DNA of 64,000 nucleotides from NCBI GenBank assembly GCA_963837175.1, contig CAWIMJ010000012.1, positions 199,724 through 263,723 on the forward strand. Direction: 5' to 3'. A model generated the notes under the pieces. The model did not search any database, was not told the origin of the DNA, and saw nothing but the letters and a program-made list of their open reading frames with translations. The position numbers and the translations under genes were made by a program. Of this stretch, positions 1 to 10,770 are shown piece after piece (position 1 is the first letter of the stretch; every line of letters begins with the position of its first letter). This stretch comes from an uncultured Nitrososphaeraceae archaeon. GTDB taxonomy: Archaea > Thermoproteota > Nitrososphaeria > Nitrososphaerales > Nitrososphaeraceae.

Positions 1-389
1 ACGCGGCTACTTCTGGAGATCTCCGCCATTCTATCAACATCCTACAAGCAGCTGCAGGGATGGGCTCTGTTTCACTGCCTAATGTTGTTGCATCAATAGG
101 ACTTTCAGGAAAGTTCAAAGTTGGAGAAATTATTAAGTTGGCTCTTTCTGGTAAATTCCAAGATGCCAGAGTTAAATTGCTTGAGCTAATACAGGTGTAT
201 GGAATGTCCGAAAGCGATTTTCTCAAATATGCTAATCAGGAAGCTTATGGTATGAAATTGGATCGTCCAGATGAATTCGCTGCGCTAATGGCAGAATATG
301 ACTATAGACTTTTAGTTGGTGCACATCCCGAAATTCAATTATCAGCATTATTAGCCCAATTAGGAAAATTAGGCGCTAAGAACACATGA
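1..389 (+). CDS. rfcS: Replication factor C small subunit, C-terminal part (5' end outside window)
   Basis: Frame open from base 3: SGDLRHSINILQAAA sensor-2 motif, then an RFC C-terminal helical domain ending DYRLLVGAHPEIQLSALLAQL. Confidence 0.85.
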   Translation, partial: AATSGDLRHSINILQAAAGMGSVSLPNVVASIGLSGKFKVGEIIKLALSGKFQDARVKLLELIQVYGMSESDFLKYANQEAYGMKLDRPDEFAALMAEYDYRLLVGAHPEIQLSALLAQLGKLGAKNT

Positions 390-418
390 AGAATTACAGT
401 ATATTTTTTACAAGTAAC

Positions 419-691
419 TTAGTACTCTTCTTCAAACTCTTCTCCGCCTTCTTCTTCCTCTACTTCTTCAAAGTCTTCTTCAAACTCTTCTCTTTCTTCT
501 GCACTTTTATATGGAAGATCTGCTTCACCAGGTGCTCCACAGACAGGACATTTGAATTCAATTGTTTGTCCTTCTAGATCTATAGGAAATTCTTTAGAGA
601 ATACTTCATCACATTTTGAGCATACTAAAGTAGTCTGAATATTGTCCTGGCTAAATTTGTGTGACTGTACCCTGAAGATTGTACTTGCCAT
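419..691 (-). CDS. Small zinc-ribbon protein with very acidic C-terminal tail
   Basis: CSKC...CPVC pairs; tail EEREEFEEDFEEVEEEEGGEEFEEEY. Confidence 0.75.
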   Translation of the reverse strand: MASTIFRVQSHKFSQDNIQTTLVCSKCDEVFSKEFPIDLEGQTIEFKCPVCGAPGEADLPYKSAEEREEFEEDFEEVEEEEGGEEFEEEY

Positions 692-825
692 TCTTCTTAC
701 CTATAGGAAATTTTCTTTATTATAAGCCTTGTCATATATTTTATCAAGATAGCATATAATCGTCTATTTTATTTAATCTTTTAAATATTATACTAATATA
801 CATCAGGTCTATTCTGTCTGCTTTT

Positions 826-1419
826 CTAAATTGCTCGCATCTCTGATTTGGAAGTATGTATAAGGGCAATAATATGTTCTCTGAGTTCTTTCTGGTCCAG
901 AATACCGCGATGAGCTATTGTCATGATTAAGCTACCATTTCTTACACCACGCATTCTCATACAAAGATGCTCACATTCTGCTACAACTAATACTCCTTTT
1001 ACTCCCATTTTCATTATTTCTTCAGTTATTTGTTTTGTCAATCTCTCTTGAATCTGCATTCTTCGAGAGAATTTTTCAACGAGACGGGCCAACTTAGATA
1101 TCCCAAATACTCTGCCAGAGGGAACATATGCTATGTGTATTTTTCCATAAAACGGAAGCATATGGTGTTCACACATGCTGTAAAATTGGATATCTTTAGC
1201 AATAATTGCGTCAGTTTCTTCACCAAAACTCACGTCAAGCTCGGCGTTCATCCTGTATCCCGCAAAGATTTCCTCATACATATCAGCCATGCGTCTAGGT
1301 GTATCTATCAAACCCTCACGATCTGGATTTTCTCCTAACTCTATCAAAAGTTGTCTTAACAATTTTTCAATCTTTTTCTTGTTTATAGTATCTTTTTCCT
1401 TCATTTCATGCTGATGCAT
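826..1419 (-). CDS. folE: GTP cyclohydrolase I (FolE type)
   Basis: GENPDREGLIDTPRR, SMCEHHMLPF, GISKLAR, QIQERLT and CEHLCMRMRG motifs. Confidence 0.95.
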   Translation of the reverse strand: MHQHEMKEKDTINKKKIEKLLRQLLIELGENPDREGLIDTPRRMADMYEEIFAGYRMNAELDVSFGEETDAIIAKDIQFYSMCEHHMLPFYGKIHIAYVPSGRVFGISKLARLVEKFSRRMQIQERLTKQITEEIMKMGVKGVLVVAECEHLCMRMRGVRNGSLIMTIAHRGILDQKELREHIIALIHTSKSEMRAI

Positions 1420-1427
1420 TGTTTCTT

Positions 1428-2159
1428 TTATCTGGCTCCTATTAACTTATGTAATTGTGGTATTATTCTAACGTCTCGGTATATTGGATAAACTGCATCA
1501 TAAAATTCAAAAAGCTTTTCGACTGTTGGCTCATTTATTCCATAGCTTGGCTGTATTATAAATCCTGCTATATTTGCAATTTTCACATCTTTAAAGATTT
1601 TCTGAATTAAACCTTTAAACTCATAAAGCTCTGTCGAGTTTGATATTACAATTTTGATATATGTAATTTTATGATTCGTAATAGCAGCTTCAAGACATTC
1701 AAGTTCGTTGCACAAGAGGTTATCATAATATCTGACATCGATTACTTCTGAATCGCTCATTTTGAACTCTATTTTGCAAATATCGATAAATGGTAGAACC
1801 TGTACATATCTATTAGAATCAAAACATGCTGATTCTAGGTATGTCCTAAGTCCTTGTTCTTCCTTGACGAATTTGGCAAGTTCAATAACAGCCTCATATT
1901 GTATTAGCGGCTCGCCTCCAGTGAAGTTAACTTTGTACGTGTATGGTTGTAACTGTTCTTCAATCAGTCTCTTTGCCTCATCAATAGTATAGCTACTTCC
2001 GCTATCCAATGGCAATGCATAGGCGGTATCACACCAGTAACATTTCAAATGACAGCCGGCCATCCTCACAAACATTGTTTTTGTACCAAAAAAGATGCCC
2101 TCGCCTTCAATACTGGTGAATATTTCGCTTAGTTGTATTCTGTTAGAGACTTTTTGCAT
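1428..2159 (-). CDS. queE: 7-carboxy-7-deazaguanine synthase (radical SAM)
   Basis: EIFTSIEGEG, FVRMAGCHLKCYWCDT (CxxxCxxC), TGGEP, PQLHK; ATG at 2159 preferred to the ORF-track start. Confidence 0.93.
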   Translation of the reverse strand: MQKVSNRIQLSEIFTSIEGEGIFFGTKTMFVRMAGCHLKCYWCDTAYALPLDSGSSYTIDEAKRLIEEQLQPYTYKVNFTGGEPLIQYEAVIELAKFVKEEQGLRTYLESACFDSNRYVQVLPFIDICKIEFKMSDSEVIDVRYYDNLLCNELECLEAAITNHKITYIKIVISNSTELYEFKGLIQKIFKDVKIANIAGFIIQPSYGINEPTVEKLFEFYDAVYPIYRDVRIIPQLHKLIGAR

Positions 2160-2919
2160 AATGCGTTTTATCCTCGATACCTGCCTTGCTAATTGCAACC
2201 TTCCTATTTATACACGATTCGCATTTTCCACAGTGCAAAGTATTTGTCCCACTGCTTTTTACGCCGTCAGAATAGCAACTCCATGTTTTGAAAATTTCAT
2301 CACCTATAACTTTGTATCCAATACTCAATAATTTAGATTTGTCTATTCCATCCATTGCAGGAGACCAGACAGTAATTTTCTGCCTCAAGCCTGATATAAT
2401 GCCATCTATTTCTGCCATATTGAGGGTTCTAGTAATAGATTTTATAAATTCTGGACGGCAATCAGGATAATGAATATCGCCACTATGAGCACCATATGCT
2501 ACTAGATTCGCTTTTATGCTCATAGCCCATGCGGTTGCAATCGTAATGAAAATTGCATTTCGGATAGGGACAACAATACTGTAATCAAAATTTTTAGGTA
2601 AAAGCTGTTTGTTGTCTGTTAGAGCATTTGTTCTACCATAAAGGTTTTTCATAAATGAAATATCAACGATTCGATAATCCTTCGCCTTCAAGACTTTTGA
2701 GAACTTACTAACCTGTCGAACTTCTTTTTTTGCTCGCTGTCCATAAATATAGGTGATTATGTATATATCATAACCTTTTTCTTTGGTTAAATAAGCTGCA
2801 GTACACACCGAATCAAGACCTCCGCTTACTATGCAAACTGCTGCCGCTCTGGCTTCTCTTTCTGATGATTGAGCATTATTGTTCAATGACAAGACTGTAT
2901 GCTGCCGCATTACAATCAC
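2143..2919 (-). CDS. queC: 7-cyano-7-deazaguanine (preQ0) synthase
   Basis: SGGLDS, YGQR, VPIRNAIF, YPDCRPEF, TWSCY and CGKCESC motifs; exact start uncertain. Confidence 0.95.
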   Translation of the reverse strand: MIVMRQHTVLSLNNNAQSSEREARAAAVCIVSGGLDSVCTAAYLTKEKGYDIYIITYIYGQRAKKEVRQVSKFSKVLKAKDYRIVDISFMKNLYGRTNALTDNKQLLPKNFDYSIVVPIRNAIFITIATAWAMSIKANLVAYGAHSGDIHYPDCRPEFIKSITRTLNMAEIDGIISGLRQKITVWSPAMDGIDKSKLLSIGYKVIGDEIFKTWSCYSDGVKSSGTNTLHCGKCESCINRKVAISKAGIEDKTHYAKSL

Positions 2920-3200
2920 GTCTCATCTGCTCTAGGAGTGTTTGGAGATACATCAGAAGCACTTGCAACTCCTATAGTATCACATTGATCAATAGAAGAA
3001 GAAGAAGCATCTGTTCCTTTGCCCTTCTTTTTTCCTTCTTCACTTTCTATACAGGCATGACACATCCATATTCCATCGGTATAATGGCCAGTCTTCACCT
3101 TTCCGTGTTGTTCAATTTCAGTTTCCAATGAATCAGTAACAGGGGAACCACATTTGGAACATTCTGGTAATAATTTGATCATGATATAGATAAGAGCCAC
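2916..3200 (-). CDS. Small CxxC/CxxC zinc-binding protein at the head of the que operon
   Basis: CSKC...WMCHAC; stop overlaps the queC ORF start region. Confidence 0.55.
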   Translation of the reverse strand: MALIYIMIKLLPECSKCGSPVTDSLETEIEQHGKVKTGHYTDGIWMCHACIESEEGKKKGKGTDASSSSIDQCDTIGVASASDVSPNTPRADET

Positions 3201-3548
3201 TTCTTATTTTAGATTCTTGTAATTAGCTATTCTATTTATCTTACTTTTTCAATTGGTTTATTAGCAAAACATCTTGCATTTAGTTTAGGAAACACTCTTA
3301 AATTCATCATAATAATGTTCAAATGCTGTCAAAAAGCAAACCTTGACTTTATCATTCCTCTTTTTTTCTCTATTATTCAAATCCATTCATTTTTGACATT
3401 TTGCCATCAGGATGCAAGAATCATATTGACCAGTCCTATAATTTGAAAATGCTTCTATAACATAGTTGAGTGTAGGAACTTCAAATTGATCCCTAAATTC
3501 AGTTTTCTTAAATCTTCAACTATGAAATAGTTTGTATTACATATTACT

Positions 3549-4346
3549 TTGCAAGTCTCTAACAATAATGTTAAAGTAGCAATAATAACAGGTTCAAGTA
3601 GAGGTATTGGTAAAGCTATTGCTAAAGAATTTGCTAAGAATGGTTATTCTGTTATGCTAAACTCAAGAGATGAACAGGATCTAAGCAGAGCTGCCCAAGA
3701 TATAGCTAATCAAATTGGAAATGATAATGTAGTTTCGTATATTCCAGGAGATGTATCACAAGAACATGTTTGTACATCGTTGATAGAAGAAGCTATTAAA
3801 AGGTTTGGTAGACTCGATGTATTAGTAAATAATGCTGGCATTAGTGGTGTCTCGAAGAAAATAAGCGAAATATCAACTAACGATTGGGATTATGTTATCG
3901 ATGTAAATCTGAAAGGTGCATTTCTTTGTACCAGAGAAGCATTGAAGCATATGATTCAAAATAGCGATACTAACAATATTGCTAAAAATAATTATTCTAT
4001 CATAAATATCTCTTCTGTTCACGAATCTATACCGCAGTCAGATGCGGCCCCTTATGCTGCTTCTAAAGGAGGTATGGAGATGCTAACAAAAAATACAGCT
4101 ATGGAAGTATCCGATAAAGGTATACGCGTTAATGGTATCGCACCAGGAGCAATAGCAACAGATATGAATAAAGAATTACTCGAAGACGAACAAAAGAAAA
4201 AAGAAGAAGAGCAGAGAATTCCACTTAAAAGAATTGGCCAGCCTGAAGAAATAGCTAAAGTAGCACTGTTTTTAGCTTCAGATAATGCAAGCTACATTAC
4301 AGGGACAACAATCTATGCTGACGGTGGACTAACATTAATTTCATAA
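3549..4346 (+). CDS. Short-chain dehydrogenase/reductase (glucose 1-dehydrogenase/FabG-like)
   Basis: TGSSRGIG, NNAG, NISS, YAASK and PG motifs. Confidence 0.92.
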   Translation: MQVSNNNVKVAIITGSSRGIGKAIAKEFAKNGYSVMLNSRDEQDLSRAAQDIANQIGNDNVVSYIPGDVSQEHVCTSLIEEAIKRFGRLDVLVNNAGISGVSKKISEISTNDWDYVIDVNLKGAFLCTREALKHMIQNSDTNNIAKNNYSIINISSVHESIPQSDAAPYAASKGGMEMLTKNTAMEVSDKGIRVNGIAPGAIATDMNKELLEDEQKKKEEEQRIPLKRIGQPEEIAKVALFLASDNASYITGTTIYADGGLTLIS

Positions 4347-4937
4347 GAAATAACAAATACAATTTAGAAGGTTACTGAAGGTAACGTAATACACTACTCT
4401 GCTTTTTAGCAGTTGATCTATATAGATAATAATAGTATTTTCTTCTACCGATAAAAATACCAGCAAGACTATCTGTGATTAAACTTAAAACCTTAATAAC
4501 TATGGCGGGAATTTTTTCATACAACATCCATACACTGAAATACTACTTCTAATATACACATGTTAAATAAATTGGGTATTAACAGCAGTACCAGTAACAG
4601 CTTATAAATATCCTTAAGACATCGTAAGATAATTACATTAGTTGAAGAAATATCATTTGCAGGCAGTTCAAAAAATTGTTGTGTATAGTTTATTATTTTT
4701 ATTGATATAATAGATTCTACCGGAATTACTACAACTGAAATAAATGATGCAGAAAAAATTAGAAGATATTATTCGATATTTATCAATACAATGGCATCTA
4801 TAATTAGAGACTTCATGCAACCAAAATTAAACAGGAACTAATTAAATACTTAATATCATATATTTTATATGTATTTTATACACATTTATGTAAATTGCCA
4901 ATAATACACCTCATTTTTCGGTATCTTCTCTAGTCTA

Positions 4938-5507
4938 TTATTTTGTGATTATACCATAAATTCCACCTATGCCATAAGCAATTGATATAAAAATTCTAGA
5001 TAGCATTATTGCAATATCTTGTTTGGCGATGAATAGAGTGGTATTGATCTCTACCACAATAGGAAGTGCGGTTAGAGAAACCAGGCCTACAATCATTTGC
5101 TCACGATTATCAAGTCCACTATACCTTTTCATTAGCAGGTATGTTGAAAAATTACCTAATCCGATGCCAAGTAAAATGAAATACTGATACAGAGATGGAA
5201 ATGCAGCTATTGCAACAAAAGGACCTGCCCAGCATATACCATTCAGAGCTTTTGCCCCAGTAGACCATTTCACACTATGTTTCATTCTGTCTCCTATAGA
5301 AGACATTAATTTACGCGATTTGCCAAAAATTATACCAAAAGTGATACCAAAGCTTAGAATTGAAATGATGGCATAATAATAGAAAGGTTCCTTGTTGATA
5401 AATGCAATTTCACTCAAAATAGTTGCGACACCTACTGCTATAGATATAGCGATGAAAAAAACTCCAAATACCCTTCTTACTTCATGCCCCTGTGGCTCGC
5501 TTTTCAA
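4938..5507 (-). CDS. Hypothetical multi-pass membrane protein
   Basis: About six hydrophobic segments in a 189-aa ORF. Confidence 0.7.
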   Translation of the reverse strand: MKSEPQGHEVRRVFGVFFIAISIAVGVATILSEIAFINKEPFYYYAIISILSFGITFGIIFGKSRKLMSSIGDRMKHSVKWSTGAKALNGICWAGPFVAIAAFPSLYQYFILLGIGLGNFSTYLLMKRYSGLDNREQMIVGLVSLTALPIVVEINTTLFIAKQDIAIMLSRIFISIAYGIGGIYGIITK

Positions 5508-5656
5508 GAATAACTAAACTATAATAAACGATAATATGTTTTTAACTTCTCATATTTAGATTTTTGATAACCTGATCTCAAGGATGCTTTAGTTAACATC
5601 TAAGGATATAAAATTATAATGAGCGTCGTATTCTATGCATCGATACTATCTTTTCA

Positions 5657-5738
5657 GTCAACAATTCATCAGATAGCCCATCAATTGATTGTCAGATAAT
5701 CGTCATTTGATTGTCAATTGATCGTCAAGAAGCCGTCA
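5657..5738 (+). repeat. Helically phased array of eight RTCA cores with an 11-bp period
   Basis: GTCA/ATCA at 5657, 5668, 5680, 5691, 5702, 5713, 5724, 5735. Confidence 0.75.
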
Positions 5739-5742
5739 GGTA

Positions 5743-6475
5743 GGCTCTGTTCACTTAAAGATTCGTAATTGCTTGTTATGATAACCTATGAATAGATTTA
5801 ACCAATTCCACACATGTAATAATAATTTACAATTCTTCTTTCTGCAAGGGAAATAGTCATTATCAAAGCATTCGGTTCTATCTTTTTTATGTACTGCATT
5901 GTTCTTTCTCTCTAATGATGCTTTCTCTCATAAGAGAAATGGATATATGATGATGGGACAATCTCAAGAAGAACCTACAAGCCTGTGGATAGATATCAAG
6001 TACCTCCTCCATCTGTGGAAACTAGATGTTGTTGACTATCATGAATCCCAACTAAGCTTGAAATAAATCACTCAGTTAAGAGCATAATTTCTCTCTTTAG
6101 ATATATACTAATTCTATGGATTTCCTTACTCTCAAGTTCAATAGCAGCAACCTAAAGCCATATCAATTCTGAACCAATTTTTATTAATGTTTCATAGATG
6201 ATGATGATAAATTCCTCGATTTTCTTTTTCCTTCCTTTCAAATATCTTTTTGGGTTTATAGTTTTGTATCCAATTCCAGATTGATTGATACATGATTTCT
6301 CCTTTATAAAACAAGACGATAGTCTTTTGGATGTCTTTCTTAATCAAAGACCTGAAAAATAAAAAATATAGACCATAGTCAATATATTCTGAAGATGTTC
6401 TGTTTCTTGTATTCATAAAAAGAAGAGATAGGACACATCTTCAAGCTATAGATTTATCGTTAAGTGAACAGAGCC
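5743..6475 (-). mobile_element. IS6-family insertion sequence with a degenerate transposase
   Basis: Perfect 16-bp terminal IRs GGCTCTGTTCACTTAA / TTAAGTGAACAGAGCC; flanking GTCAGGTA / GTCAGGTG (8-bp target duplication, one mismatch); broken transposase pieces MNTRNRTS..., ETLIKIGSELIW and STDGG on the minus strand. Confidence 0.88.
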
Positions 6476-6509
6476 GTCAGGTGTCTCTTAAGGGATATAT
6501 TCTGCTGAC

Positions 6510-7040
6510 ATGATATTTGCATTTTAATCAATAGTCCCACCATCATAAGGCGATCATGCAAAATTATATCAGGTAGGAAATTCTACATAGGAACAATGTA
6601 CTCATTGAAATCAGCAATATTCACTGTTTTAAGCGCATGGTTTGACAGATGAAGAATTTGTTAATGTTGTTAACAAGGTAGTTACTTTGTCAGCGAATCA
6701 TGGAATGGTAGTAGCTCAGATGGCTAATTTTATCCCACAAAAGGAGTTAGAGTTAGAGAAGCTGAATGGAGAACTAGAAGATACAAAAGTAAAACAACTT
6801 CAAGTATTGAGAGATTACAATATATAAACTAGGAATGATCTTGAAGAATAAGGATAAATAAATCATTAATTGACTATATTAAACAGCTAGAACAAAAAAT
6901 ATTAATTTAGATAGAGACTGCTAGCAAAGATTTTAAGATATTCACATTAGAATATGAATCTAGGATTCGTCAACAGGTACTGAATCGTAAATAAAAGTTG
7001 TATACGCCGTTACAATCACAGAAATCATTGAAGATAGTTA
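6510..7040 (+). pseudogene. Relic of a coiled-coil protein gene
   Basis: Fragment 6642-6827 (QKELELEKLNGELEDTKVKQLQVL) among stop-interrupted frames. Confidence 0.35.
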
Positions 7041-7223
7041 AGGGGACCTACTTTATCTTAATCCTAGCAAACTCATTGGTATAATAAAAAATCTTCCTCT
7101 TTAACTTGATAAAATCACTATAGGCATATGATTCCTGAATACATAGTGTGATCAGAAGATCAAAAGCAACAACAACCTAATAATGAAGTTGTTAAATAAT
7201 GTTATGACGATACATATTATAAA

Positions 7224-7571
7224 ATGGCTGTTGATAGTACTACTACAAGATTTATCTGCAAAATTTGTAAAACCTGCAAAATGATATTCGAAGATCAATC
7301 TATCCTTAATCAACATACAGAGAATTATATCATTCCAAAAATAACGAATACTATAAATGATATCATTAATAGTCTATTTGAAGGAACAATAATCTTTCCC
7401 AAAACAAAAGATGAAATTGTAAAAAATATAGACAACAAAAATAACGATGAGGCAGAAGTTACGCCTAAGATAATCGATACCATACGATACTCTCTAGATA
7501 GGAGATACAATGATGAAGCTGATTTGGCTGTGGGATTGGAACAACAACCACAGAAAGGCATAGTAGTATAA
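7224..7571 (+). CDS. C2H2-like zinc finger plus DUF2795-like small domain
   Basis: CKTCKMIFEDQSILNQH; FPKTKDEIV...LDRRYNDEADL. Confidence 0.55.
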   Translation: MAVDSTTTRFICKICKTCKMIFEDQSILNQHTENYIIPKITNTINDIINSLFEGTIIFPKTKDEIVKNIDNKNNDEAEVTPKIIDTIRYSLDRRYNDEADLAVGLEQQPQKGIVV

Positions 7572-7707
7572 AAGAGAATATTCTGATATGGATATGGGGT
7601 AGGAAACAGAATTCTCACTTTTCTATATTGGCTATAATTTTGATGATAAGAGTTGATAATGATGAACAGCATAAACATCTTTTTTTTGTTATGGGTATAA
7701 TAGTAAA

Positions 7708-9433
7708 ATGGTAAAACGAGATATTATAGTTCTAGGAATTAATGATGGTCATGATGCAGGGGCAGCATTGATAAAGAATGGAAAAGTTATGGCAGCCGTC
7801 CAAGAGGAACGACTAAATAATATCAAGCATTTTGCAGGTATTCCAGAAAAATCTATTCTAGAAGTTTTCAAAATTGCTACAGTTGATCCCAGTGAAGTAA
7901 ATTTGATATCTCTGGTCAGCTTTGACCCTCCTGGAATAGAGAATCTGAAGTCATTTAAGACTAAGACATTAATAAGATTAAGTCCGTTATTACATTCTGA
8001 TAGATTTGTCAAGTTTTACGTAAATTATAAAAAAAAACATAGGACATTTGAGCCTCTAAAAAAAATAATTGAAAAATTAGGACTAACCAATACGGAGACA
8101 ACTATAGTAGAGCATCAAACAGCTCATGCGAGCTGCGGCGTATAGAAGTTCTCCTTGGGATTACAGAGACGAAGGTATTTTAATACTTACAGCAGATGGC
8201 TCTGGAGATGGTTTGTCTTCTACCGTAAATATCGGAACGCGTGGAGATATTCAAAGAATTGCATTTTCATCGTATTATGATTCAGTAGGAAATGCGTTTT
8301 ATACTGAAATAACTAGATTTCTTGGACTAAAGCCTTGGGATCATGAGTACAAAGTTATGGGATTAGCACCATATGGTAAGGCAGAATATTGTATAGAGCA
8401 GATGAGAAAGATAATACGCATTCATCCGGATAATCCTCTTCGATTTCAAAATACAATTGGCTCAACTGCTTCTACAATTATCCAATCAAAACTAAGAAAA
8501 TTATTGATGAACCAGCGGTTTGATAATATAGCTGCGGTTGCACAGCAACATTTTGAGGATTTAATAAAAAAATGGGTTGAAAATGCAATTAAAGCCACTG
8601 GTCTTAATAAGATTGCTTGCGCAGGCGGACTTTTCCTAAATGTTAAAGCGAACAAACTCCTTAGAGAAATCGAACAAGTAGATGACATCTTTTTCTATCC
8701 CGCGCCAGACGACGAGGGTTCTCCTGTGGGAGCTGCTCTTCAAGGATATTATGAATATTGTATAAGAGAAGGAATAAATCCAGAACATACATCGCTTGCA
8801 GAAACTTATTATGGACCCTCATATAGCAATGATGAAATTAAAGAAATCCTTGACAGTAGTAATAAAGGTAGAAAATGGAAATGTGATTACTATGGCGATA
8901 TTGATGGTAGTACAGGAGAACTATTAGCAAAAGGAAAGATCCTTGCACGATGTAGTGGAGGGCTGGAATGGGGTCCCAGAGCACTTGGCAACAGATCAAT
9001 AATTGCCGATCCACGTGATATTCGAGTAATATATAAAATAAATTTTGCCATAAAGCAAAGAGATTTTTGGATGCCATTTGCTCCCTCAATAGTAGATGAC
9101 AAAAAGGAGGGATATCTTGTTAATCCAAGATTTTCCCCCTATATGATAATGGCGTTTGATTCTACCCAAGAGGGAGAAGACAGAATTCCTGCTACAATTC
9201 ACCCTTTTGATAGAACGTGTAGACCGCAAACAGTAAAGAGAGAATGGAATCCCAATTATTATGAAATAATCAAAACATTCGAATTTGCAACTGGTATAGG
9301 AGCTATCCTTAACACTTCTTTTAATCTCCATGGCTACCCTATGGTAGGCACACCTCACATGGCTTTATGGACTTTAGAGAACTCAAAATTAGATGGACTT
9401 GTTCTTGGAAATTACTTAATTATGAAGGAATAG
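7708..9433 (+). CDS. Carbamoyltransferase (NodU/CmcH/TobZ family), split by a one-base insertion at about 8130
   Basis: LGINDGHDAGAAL, AVQEERL, EHQTAHA-AAAY, DGSGD, EYKVMGLAPYG, EWGPRALGNRSI, FWMPFAPS, LNTSFNLHGYP. Confidence 0.9.
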
Positions 9434-9579
9434 CAATAAATCCATGACAGCATTAGTTTAAGGTATAATATGACGGTAGTAGAAAGACAATATTTCTTTT
9501 TATCTGGTTTTTATATGTATGGTGAATGCGTTACTTTTGATTCTCATTTACTCCGTTTATTAGGAAAAAAACGTCTATT

Positions 9580-9960
9580 TCATATAATAAATGAATTTGG
9601 AGAAAGAATCAAAGACGGTGGGTTGTGTGTGTATATTACGGCAACAACTGATTTATTCGTGATCTTATGAAATTCTGAAAGGGCTTGTTGAACCTGCTCA
9701 TTAGTTTCCCCTGCGTCAATTATTATGATTCCGTCGGTTCCTTCAACCATCATACTGTTAGTCATTCCATAGCCTATGGCGGAATAAACTCCATCAGTTA
9801 CCTTTACAACGGTAGGTGGAGAAAATTTCTTCGTATGTTCTACTGCGTATGGATTTTCATGAGGAATATTTGGACACGGAACTCCTGTTAAAGATTTAGC
9901 GATGTTGATGTGTTGTTAGATTGTGGTCCATCTTGTGCATAGCCTGAGCGTGAAGTCGTA
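9580..9960 (-). pseudogene. Alkyl/aryl sulfatase (SdsA-like metallo-beta-lactamase) N-terminal fragment
   Basis: VVKVTDGVYSAIGYGMTNSMMVEGTDGIIIIDAGE...VVAVIYTHN, truncated at the metal-binding motif. Confidence 0.75.
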
Positions 9961-10252
9961 GATAATGCGGACTACCCACAAGGCTTAACGTGAGCCCAAG
10001 AAGGATGAAAAAGCTTACGTATTGAATTTTCATTGAATTCAAATGTGTTAATCTATACTATATATACATCATTAATAACAGCAGTAGAATATGAAGGCAT
10101 ATTGGACAAGGAAGCTAATCTAATATTGAAATTTATTCTTCAAAGCTTGTATATCGTTTATAAATATTGTCTTATGCGTTGCAGATTTTCTACTTCATCT
10201 TTTAACTGTCCATAGAGACTTTCCATATATGGAAGTTTATTAGCAGCAATAT

Positions 10253-10669
10253 CTACAGCAAAACAACCTGCTCTATACCAATATCTTCTTTCTTTGCCAA
10301 TTGGCATAATTTTACAAAATATCTTATACCTTTATCTCCTAATTCTTTATAAGCCAAATAGAATTTATCCAGTCGCTTTAGCTTACAATATTCTATAAAC
10401 AATTTACTTGCCTCTGGCTCTCTTAAGCTTAGTTGGATGGCGATTTCTAGAGGTTTCTTACCTTCAGAGAATAGTTTATAGGCTTTGGAAGATATCTCTT
10501 CTTGTTTTTGCTGATGTTGATAGTTTTGTCGTCTGGCTTCTTCTTCCTTTAAAATAGAATGTATGTCACGAATAGACATTCTTTCTATCTTTGCAATCTC
10601 ACGTGTAGTCTTTCCCTGATTATAAGATAGATCGATAACACGTTTTTTTCTATCTTCGCTGATTAACAT
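10253..10669 (-). CDS. HTH-domain coiled-coil protein, probably truncated
   Basis: RVIDLSYNQGKTTREIAKIERMSIRDI HTH and a second HTH-like GKKPLEIAIQLSL; early TAG followed by similar coding-like sequence. Confidence 0.7.
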   Translation of the reverse strand: MLISEDRKKRVIDLSYNQGKTTREIAKIERMSIRDIHSILKEEEARRQNYQHQQKQEEISSKAYKLFSEGKKPLEIAIQLSLREPEASKLFIEYCKLKRLDKFYLAYKELGDKGIRYFVKLCQLAKKEDIGIEQVVLL

Positions 10670-10720
10670 TTGTTATTTTTACCCTACACTATAAAGAATT
10701 CAGCTTTAAAAGACTTACAC

Positions 10721-10770
10721 TCATTGATTCCAATTGATACCTTTTTTTACTGTCTGATTTCATCTGATAC
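10721..10770 (-). promoter_or_regulatory. 10-bp phased ATCA array just upstream of the TATA-like box of the HTH gene
   Basis: TGAT on the + strand at 10725, 10735, 10755 and 10765; TTTTAAAG (minus strand) at about 10704-10711. Confidence 0.5.

Noticed and set aside
831-840. GCTCGC near the folE stop as another GCWGC-type error
   Set aside because: The current reading ends at a sensible length, and correction would extend the ORF into AT-rich intergenic DNA.
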